A DNA stretch of 62,811 bases, filler included, from Stramenopiles sp. TOSAG23-3 (taxonomy: Eukaryota): NCBI GenBank assembly GCA_900128585.1. It is 5 parts of 5 records of this genome, joined end to end, with 100 filler letters (N's around TTAATTAATTAA, not from the genome) between each part and the next. Parts side by side here need not be neighbours in the genome. Positions count along the whole stretch, not along the records: positions 45,752 to 60,863 come from LT642536.1; positions 60,964 to 62,811 come from LT645319.1; 3 more parts are not named here. One strand, 5' to 3'. The notes beneath the pieces are model-generated. The model made no database searches. It was not told the origin of the DNA and saw nothing but the letters and a program-made list of their open reading frames with translations. Below, piece after piece: positions 55,826 through 62,811 of this stretch (positions within the stretch are counted from its first letter, which is position 1; every line of letters begins with the position of its first letter). Both the position numbers and the translations under genes were made by a program.

Positions 55826-56590
55826 ATGAGCGATCAGTTGGAGGATGAAGAAGCGCGTTTGCTGCGGGAGCAAATGAGTGCTTTGATGCAACAGTACATG
55901 GGGAAGCCGGTTTCGGATACGCAAGAGGAGGCTTCCCCGAAGGAAGAAGGCGCTATGAAACCTTCTGGGGCAGTTGAAGGTCTCATGAACAAGTACATGA
56001 ATTTTGAAGCGAGCAAGGATGCACCGCCTGCGCCGCAAGATTTATTTGCAAAATATAGTAGTGGTAGTAGTAGTAGTGGTACGGCCAGTGCTGGCGGGAC
56101 CTTGAAGGACGACGGCGAGCCTGCTGCACCTGCACCTGCGGCCCCGGCCGTTCCCCCGGCCTTTGCATTGCCCACGCTGGAGAAGGAGCGGGGAGCCGAC
56201 GTGCCCAAAATGGACGATTTCGCCCCCGCACCGACGACGGAGGTGCAAGAGAAAGTGGAGCCAGCGCTGGTCGTGGCGCCTGTACCAGTTTCTGCGATGG
56301 GGACAAAAATGACGGGCCTGTTCGGCGGGCACAACCTGGTAAACGAGAAGGATTTAGACACTATTCAAAGCAACCAAGCGGACATTACGTCGAACATGAG
56401 GCTTCTTTCGACAATGTTGCGGGGGCAGAACGCCCAGAGCGAACGAATATTTAAAGAAGCGTCCCACGAGTTGGAGGAGTTGATCTCGTTGATTTATACT
56501 ATGGGAAAGGACATGAGAGTGATCGAGACGAAATTAGAAAACATCAAGCGGGTTTTGCCGGAACCGGAAGCGGCGAAAACTGAGAATTAG
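55826..56590 (+). CDS. KXD1: KxDL-domain protein (KXD1/BORC subunit-like)
   Basis: C-terminal LVNEKDLDTIQSNQ...NAQSERIF...MGKDMRVIETKL helical pattern; low-complexity N-terminus. Confidence 0.6.
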   Translation: MSDQLEDEEARLLREQMSALMQQYMGKPVSDTQEEASPKEEGAMKPSGAVEGLMNKYMNFEASKDAPPAPQDLFAKYSSGSSSSGTASAGGTLKDDGEPAAPAPAAPAVPPAFALPTLEKERGADVPKMDDFAPAPTTEVQEKVEPALVVAPVPVSAMGTKMTGLFGGHNLVNEKDLDTIQSNQADITSNMRLLSTMLRGQNAQSERIFKEASHELEELISLIYTMGKDMRVIETKLENIKRVLPEPEAAKTEN

Positions 56591-56787
56591 TTATTACGCT
56601 TGCTGTGTGTGGTGGGGGAACGCGCGAGAAGTGATATTAAAGAAAAGCGCAAAGTTGATTCACGCACAAGCAGAGGTGGGTTAGATGCGTTTAATGTTAT
56701 TCCTTAAAAGCTCTGTATACTTCCTTCGTCCTAGGATTACCAATGCCAAAAATAAATTGTCGCGAATCGTAATTGATATAAAATATA

Positions 56788-56862
56788 AAAAATGAGAGTT
56801 TTAAAGCATACTATGATATCTTATTAATATATCATTAGTTTTTTTAAAGCATACTATGATAT
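56788..56862. repeat. Family A copies (direct, partial)
   Basis: aaaatgagagttttaaagcatactatg and a second ttttaaagcatactatg. Confidence 0.75.
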
Positions 56863-56881
56863 ATAATTTTTTTTTAACATT

Positions 56882-58384
56882 TTACCGGCTGGGCTCGTCG
56901 CTGATGGGAACGCCGCTCGGCTGCTTGTCCTTAATCTCCATGCCGGTAGCTTCTGGAAGCGCCTTTTCTTTCCCTGCACCGCCGCTCCCTCCGCTCTCGT
57001 CTGGCGTCGCCCCGCTCTCTTCCTCGTCCGCCGTATCAGCAGGCTTGTTGTTCTTCAAAAACTCTTTGCCGAGGAGCTCGTTCTCCGCCTCCTTTGAGAC
57101 CTTTTGCCGCTTGTCCGCCTTGTCCCCTTCCTCCGTTACCTTCTTCTCGCGTTGCTCAAACACAAGTTCCCTGTTACGTCGTTTGTACGCCAGGCCCAGG
57201 TCCCAATCCTTTCGCCATTCTTCCGTCCGATCAAAGTGCGTTTGGTCGCTAAAGACCTCGTTGTTTCCAACGTTCTTCACCTCGTTCCCAAAATCGTTCT
57301 CCTCAAACCGCATGTTCTTAATCTTGGTCCATTTGCGGACGCCGATGGGGAGGACACCCTGGAGCCGGTTATGGTTGATGTAGAACGTTTGCAGCTGCGA
57401 CATTCGCCATATCGACGTCGGGACGGTCCCGTCGAGATGGTTGAAGGACACGTCGAACATGAGCAGGGAGTCAAAGAGGTACCCAATCGACGACGGGATC
57501 CCACCGGTCAGCCGGTTTCCGTAGAGGACGATGTTGATCAGATGGGTCCTGGACAGGGTGGTTGGGATTCTCCCGACCAGGTTGTTTTTGTACAGTAGCA
57601 AGTTCTCCAGCTCGGTGCACTTTCCAATTGCCTCCGGTATGGTTCCACGAATCATGTTGTTGTTCAGCGCCAAGTCCCTGAGGTGAGAAAACTGGCCAAT
57701 GGCGTCGGAAATCGTCCCCGTCAGCTGCATGCGGCCAAAGTCGATGGAGGTCACGTACCCTTCCGCGTTGCACCCCACGAGAAGGAACCCTCGGGGGTTC
57801 CTCCACTGGGCTAGGCATGGGTCCCCTGGGGGGGACTTGACCCCCAGGCCCCGCATGACAATCTGCAGCGCTCGGAGGTCGTGCTTTCTAATAGGTTTCT
57901 TGTAAAAATGCTTGACGTTCTTTGACCGCCCCGCGGCGTCGCTTCCGCCCTCTGGGTCCGGCACCACGTTCGCTGGGCCTTTCCCCCAGTGGTTGTTGCA
58001 CTGGCACTCGTACTTGGACGTGCAGGCCCCCCCGAACGCGCAAAGCTCGCTGCAGTCGCGATATTTACAAGTTGCCAAGTCTTCCGACAAAAGCTTTGCA
58101 ATGGCATCTAATTTCATCGAGCGCTTCGTTACCTTGTCGTCTCCCTTTCCGACGGAGCAGTCCACGCCGGAAAACCCCCGAAAACAGTGGCACTCCCCTT
58201 TCACGCAAACCCCGCGCCGGCGCGCCGGGGCGACAGTGTGGTTGTCTAGGCCACTGCTACAATCGTTTAAACACGGCAGCGCGTTCGTTCTGGTACGCGC
58301 AGGACGACAGGAAAAAATAAAAGACAGGAACAATATAGCCATTGTGCTGATGCACCATCGCGACGGAAGCCCAACGCGCCCCAT
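56882..58384 (-). CDS. Signal-anchored EGF-like plus plant-type LRR protein
   Basis: Hydrophobic N-terminus; CLNDCS...GVCVKGECHCFRGFSGVDCS; second EGF; LRRNT cap; about 6 LxLxxNxLxGxIP repeats. Confidence 0.88.
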   Translation of the reverse strand: MGRVGLPSRWCISTMAILFLSFIFSCRPARTRTNALPCLNDCSSGLDNHTVAPARRRGVCVKGECHCFRGFSGVDCSVGKGDDKVTKRSMKLDAIAKLLSEDLATCKYRDCSELCAFGGACTSKYECQCNNHWGKGPANVVPDPEGGSDAAGRSKNVKHFYKKPIRKHDLRALQIVMRGLGVKSPPGDPCLAQWRNPRGFLLVGCNAEGYVTSIDFGRMQLTGTISDAIGQFSHLRDLALNNNMIRGTIPEAIGKCTELENLLLYKNNLVGRIPTTLSRTHLINIVLYGNRLTGGIPSSIGYLFDSLLMFDVSFNHLDGTVPTSIWRMSQLQTFYINHNRLQGVLPIGVRKWTKIKNMRFEENDFGNEVKNVGNNEVFSDQTHFDRTEEWRKDWDLGLAYKRRNRELVFEQREKKVTEEGDKADKRQKVSKEAENELLGKEFLKNNKPADTADEEESGATPDESGGSGGAGKEKALPEATGMEIKDKQPSGVPISDEPSR

Positions 58385-59026
58385 TCCGTTCCCTTCGTTC
58401 GCCCGGTAGAAACAAGCAACCCCCCACGTCCGGCACCCAAACTTCTAAACGCACACGGTTGGTTCTCTCAGCGAAAGAACGAACGACGGAACAAACGGGA
58501 CAACTTGAGTAAACCTTCGAACAACAAGAAAAGGATTTCCGACCAGATATTCTCTATCTCTCTATCTCAGGTTTAATGCTAATTTCGATGCCTATCGTTG
58601 TTCGATTTTATATTAATTAACACTAAAATGCGTCTCCTCTCCCTCGTCTTAATATAGTATTAATTTATTTATTCCTCTCCCTCCCTTCTTTTCGTTTCTT
58701 CGTTTCGTTTCGTTTTTTCGTTTCGTTTCTTCCATCTTCTTCTTCTCTAAAAAAAATTCGGCAGTGCAACTCAAGGAAGAAGTACAAAATTATACTATTT
58801 AAAAACCTATATAGTCTGATTAAATTTTATTATTAGTATACTAAAAAGTCGTAATATACCTATATTTGATAGGATTTATCCGAACAGAGATGAACCCCCC
58901 CTCTTTTTTAATTTATTTTTACTATAGCGATTATTATACTTAATTAATTTAATTTTGATAGGTGATTGTGATTATTAAAATAGACGATGCGACGAGAAGG
59001 AGAAGAAGATTCTCTTTGTGTGTTTC

Positions 59027-59450
59027 TTTCTTCTTCCTTCTTCTTGTTCTTGTTCTTCTTCTTTCTTCTTCTTTCTTCTTCTTTCTTCTTCTTTCTTCTT
59101 CCTTCTTCTTCTTGTTGTTCTTCTTCTTTCTTCTTTCTTCTTCTTTCTTCTTCTTTCTTGTTCTTCTTCTTTCTTGTTCTTCTTGTTCTTCTTCTTTCTT
59201 TTTCTTTCTTCTTCTTCTTCTTTCTTCTTCTTTCTTCTTTCTTCTTCTTCTTCTTTCTTCTTCTTTCTTCTTCTTCTTCTTCTTCTTCTTCTTCTTCTTC
59301 TTCTTCTTCTTTTATTTCTTCTTCTTTTTAATTCTTCTTCTTCGTTCTTCTTTCTTCTTTCTTCTTTCTTCTTCTTTTATTTCTTCTTCTTCTTCTTCTT
59401 CTTCTTCTAAATTATTATTATTTCTTCTTCTGTCTTCTTCTTCTAAATTA
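59027..59450. repeat. Long CTT/TTC-rich polypyrimidine microsatellite
   Basis: Directly visible; explains the spurious poly-F/L/S ORFs. Confidence 0.92.
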
Positions 59451-59872
59451 TTTCTTCAATATACAGTGTATTCAATAATACTGTACGGTACTATAATACT
59501 GTAATAAATATTTTTTAAAAATATTTTTTTCACCACCAACAACAACAACCGCGCGGGTGACACTGTGACACTTCTCTAAAAAAAGAAAGAAAAACTTCTT
59601 TTATTATATATATTATAGAGAATGATTTTGATTTTTTTAAACGACGAGGCAAGAGAAATACTTTGTAGAACAGTGAAAAAGAAGGAAGATAAGTTCAGTT
59701 TATATGTATATATAGAAATACATTCTCGGCGCGATTGATACGTTTACATTGAATTTGTTTGTATCGAAAAGAGATTTACGTACCATAGGTGTCCAGGGTG
59801 TTATTTGTCCTGCAAGTACACCTCCCCGCTCCGTATAGCTCTCTGTATCTCTTCCTTTTCCGTTTGCGAAGT

Positions 59873-60736
59873 ATGAAGGAAGGAAATGGTGTTTCTAAAA
59901 GGGGGTCGAAGAGTGAGGGGAGAAGTTTCTTGGAAAAGTATGGGTTTTGGCTCTTGGTCTTGCCCCTTATTATTATACTGTTTGTTTTTTTTCTCCCTCG
60001 CATTTCGTCCCTTATAAATTCCCTGGTGGTCTACGGCCAAGGGAAAGGGGCGACGACCGTGTTTTTGGTTCTGGGAGGCTTGATGACTCTTTGCGCCGGT
60101 CTTCCCCTTCCTGGGTTCATGTTTTTGGTGTTCGCGGCAGGAATACTGTACGGGGTGTTCTACGGGTTTTTAATGGCGTACGGGATAAGCTTTGTGGCAT
60201 CGTGCTCCTGGTTTTTGTTTTACAGAAATTGCTGCGGGAAGGCTGTCGTGAAGTATTTTGGGGCGATATCGGAACGGACAAAACTTTGGTTGGAACTCGC
60301 CGAGAAAGACGGCATTCGAATCGTTTTCTTGGTGAAGATGCTTCCGTTCGGGGGCGGGGGCACCGCGAATGTCCTCTTCGCTGTGTTGACCAAAGTTTCT
60401 TTGTTCGACTTTGCGGCCGGCCTCTCCATTGCGCATTTAAAATTCCTCTTGTTCACCTTTGTAAGTTCGAGCGCGGGAAGTTTGGCAAATTTGCATCCTT
60501 CCCCCAGCGTCAAGCCCGCCAATGCCCAGTACAAGCAGCGCAGCAGGACATTGCACGTTGTCATGGGCACTGTCGGCGCGCTTGTGCTCATTGCCTTGTG
60601 CTGGTGGGCGTACAAAACGTACAGTGAAATAGAACGGCAGTTGGATGAAACAGAACGGAGGAGAAAAGAGGCAAAGAATACGGACAAAGATTCAACGAAG
60701 GAGACGGACAGACTCCTCGGAGGGGCAAGCGTGTAG
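59873..60736 (+). CDS. TVP38/TMEM64 (DedA/VTT, SNARE-associated) membrane protein
   Basis: PLPGFMFLVFAAGILYG, DGIRIVFLVKMLPF...NVLFA; multiple TMs. Confidence 0.85.
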   Translation: MKEGNGVSKRGSKSEGRSFLEKYGFWLLVLPLIIILFVFFLPRISSLINSLVVYGQGKGATTVFLVLGGLMTLCAGLPLPGFMFLVFAAGILYGVFYGFLMAYGISFVASCSWFLFYRNCCGKAVVKYFGAISERTKLWLELAEKDGIRIVFLVKMLPFGGGGTANVLFAVLTKVSLFDFAAGLSIAHLKFLLFTFVSSSAGSLANLHPSPSVKPANAQYKQRSRTLHVVMGTVGALVLIALCWWAYKTYSEIERQLDETERRRKEAKNTDKDSTKETDRLLGGASV

Positions 60737-60863
60737 AAGAACGATCGATCTGAGAGCTGAGAGCGATATAGATTACTTTTCATCCACCACTTATTTGAAA
60801 CAAAACTAAGAATTATTGATGAAAAAGAGAGTAATACTGCATTTCTACCCTTCTAAATAGAAT

Positions 60864-60963
60864 NNNNNNNNNNNNNNNNNNNNNNNNNNNNNNNNNNNNN
60901 NNNNNNNTTAATTAATTAANNNNNNNNNNNNNNNNNNNNNNNNNNNNNNNNNNNNNNNNNNNN
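60864..60963. other. Artificial contig linker
   Basis: N44-TTAATTAATTAA-N44. Confidence 0.97.
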
Positions 60964-61271
60964 ATTAAATTAATGTACTGCGAACTGAAATCTAGATTTA
61001 GACATTCTAGGTTTACATTCCTTCATGAACTGCGAACTTATCGTTGCTCTTTTTTTATATATACATATTTTAAATACTTGAATAACAGCCAAATTTTTCG
61101 TTTTTAAAAAACAAATTATATAGTCTAAACGATTGATTCACCTGCCGGAACCTCCAAAACTTGGACCAAATTCAGGGACGCTGATAATCTAGCCCCCCCC
61201 CCCCAACATCGCAAGAGTCGAACAGATCGGGGTCTTTGTTCCGCACACGTTGGCGCCCAAACATTGGTCTC

Positions 61272-62465
61272 ATGTCGAAACGTGCCCGTACCTCGCGTTC
61301 AAAGGATGTTGTCCAAATTGAGGCGCTTGAATTCGCACCGAAAAAGGACTTGCCGATAAACGTCATCGGAACAGACGGGAGGAAATACATTGTCGACGAA
61401 TACGTGACGACTTCCGAGGAGGAGGAAGAGGAGGAAGGAGGTTACCGCCAATTTAATGAAGAATACTTTGGGCAGTTGTTTGAGCACGAGAAAATGCTGG
61501 CGGACAAAAAACGAATGAATTTTTATTATAATCTTATCCAGGACAACGTCCCTCGTGGGGCGACGGTGCTAGACGTAGGGACTGGCACGGGCGTACTCGC
61601 AGCCTGGGCGAGCAAGAAAGTTGGCGAAGAGGGCACGGTCTATGCTATAGATCACTCAGACAAGTGTCTGGCCATGGCTGCCACATTGGCACAGGCAAAT
61701 GCGTGCAAAAATATCCAGTTTTTCCAATGCCATAGTTCTCAGTTCAAGTCGCCAGACACGAAGAACCCTGGGGTTGACGTGATTCTGCACGAACAAATAG
61801 GGGACGTCTTGTTTGACGAAGACATCGTCCGCACCATTACAGATTTGCGAGAGCGATGCTTGCGACCAGGCGGATTAATATTGCCAGCATACTTTCGTCT
61901 GCATATCGAGCCTGTGCAGCTCGATACAGTGCGCCACGTTCCGATGATATCCGGACTGCAGAATGCGCCGGAAACTCATGGTCTGGATTTTTCTTGCCTC
62001 GTCCAAGATCATCTTAAATCACAAGAGGACGATCCAAACTACCATCACTTTCGGTCGTCGGACGCGTCATTGGTCAAGAAACTCCTTCAATCGTCCACAT
62101 TAGCAATGTCAGGGCTGGATGTTAATTTGTTTAAAGATAGCGAAGAGACGTTGGGGAAGGAGTACCGTGTTACGAGGGTCGTCCCGGAACACTCCGACTT
62201 CCGGTTTGACGCATTTTGTGTGTGGTTTACCGTGCGTGGACAGAATGGAAGTGAGCTGAACACTACTTCCGATGGGGGCCTTCATAATGGTCCTTTTGCA
62301 GATCGTGCGCCACACTGGGGATTCCGTTTACTTCGTGTTAAAGGCACAGAACTCAGCGCGGGTGACGTGATTGAATTTGTCGTCCGTATCGGGGAGCAGG
62401 ATTCTTGGCAGGATTTGAACCGGTGGCGGTGGGAATGGAAAGTTATGCCGAATAAAAAAGAGTGA
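61272..62465 (+). CDS. Protein arginine N-methyltransferase (PRMT family)
   Basis: YF...HEKMLADKKR, VLDVGTGTGVL, double-E loop EQIGDVLFDE, LRPGG, PHW (THW-loop equivalent). Confidence 0.92.
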   Translation: MSKRARTSRSKDVVQIEALEFAPKKDLPINVIGTDGRKYIVDEYVTTSEEEEEEEGGYRQFNEEYFGQLFEHEKMLADKKRMNFYYNLIQDNVPRGATVLDVGTGTGVLAAWASKKVGEEGTVYAIDHSDKCLAMAATLAQANACKNIQFFQCHSSQFKSPDTKNPGVDVILHEQIGDVLFDEDIVRTITDLRERCLRPGGLILPAYFRLHIEPVQLDTVRHVPMISGLQNAPETHGLDFSCLVQDHLKSQEDDPNYHHFRSSDASLVKKLLQSSTLAMSGLDVNLFKDSEETLGKEYRVTRVVPEHSDFRFDAFCVWFTVRGQNGSELNTTSDGGLHNGPFADRAPHWGFRLLRVKGTELSAGDVIEFVVRIGEQDSWQDLNRWRWEWKVMPNKKE

Positions 62466-62665
62466 AAAACAAGATAGCGACGAAGATGGTGGGGATTTAA
62501 CGACTCTGAAACGCATGTTTTGTGTCATTTACGGCAGTCGTTATGATGAATATAATATAGATGGGGAAAAGGATTAATAAATGTCATATTGATTAGAATA
62601 TATGAGGATTATGATTGGGATGAAGATCGAAAAGTGGAGCACAGGTTTATCAATTGACGATGAAA

Positions 62666-62761
62666 TAGTAATTGATTTAAAATGAGAGTCTTAAAACATA
62701 CTATAAAAAAATTATACAGTATGTTTTAAGACTTAAGACTCTCATTTTAAATCAAATACTA
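62666..62761. repeat. Family A long hairpin
   Basis: About 37-bp arms tagtaattgatttaaaatgagagtcttaaaacatact / agtatgttttaag(acttaag)actctcattttaaatcaaatacta. Confidence 0.88.
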
Positions 62762-62811
62762 CTTCAAATCCAACCCTAATCCTATCTCGATTTTTTAATT
62801 TGATTTTTAGT

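Noticed and set aside
58962-59504. Overlapping poly-F/L/S ORFs
   Set aside because: Translation of a CTT microsatellite

Overview
Eukaryotic nuclear DNA, most likely a stramenopile protist. The evidence is a stramenopile-type Myb-like 'RRGKW...CDPMRISKK' protein, GC-rich and almost intron-free genes, and very AT-rich intergenic DNA. The window is not one locus. It is five unrelated contigs (four of about 15.1 kb plus the start of a fifth) joined by artificial 100-bp N44-TTAATTAATTAA-N44 linkers in decreasing length order, so adjacency across linkers is meaningless. About 27 protein genes are supported, including an AGC kinase, kinesin-14, two two-pore K+ channels, PHGDH (broken by a deletion), an IMP peptidase, a GT47 exostosin, a PRMT, a CRAL-TRIO protein and a TVP38-like protein. 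Most notable: (1) an Ariadne RBR E3 ligase with a complete E2 (UBC) domain, apparently NEDD8-E2-like, inserted inside RING1; (2) a PX-TM-FABP-ACBP lipid-handling fusion; (3) a dispersed palindromic repeat family concentrated in convergent 3' junctions; (4) an AT-rich F-box/LRR gene whose repeats vary mainly at ligand-face positions; (5) a circularly permuted C2 domain fused to a K+ channel, plus a second channel with a non-canonical filter; (6) a recurring CATA-N5-AGCAT intergenic motif. All domain calls come from motif recognition by eye; no searches were run.
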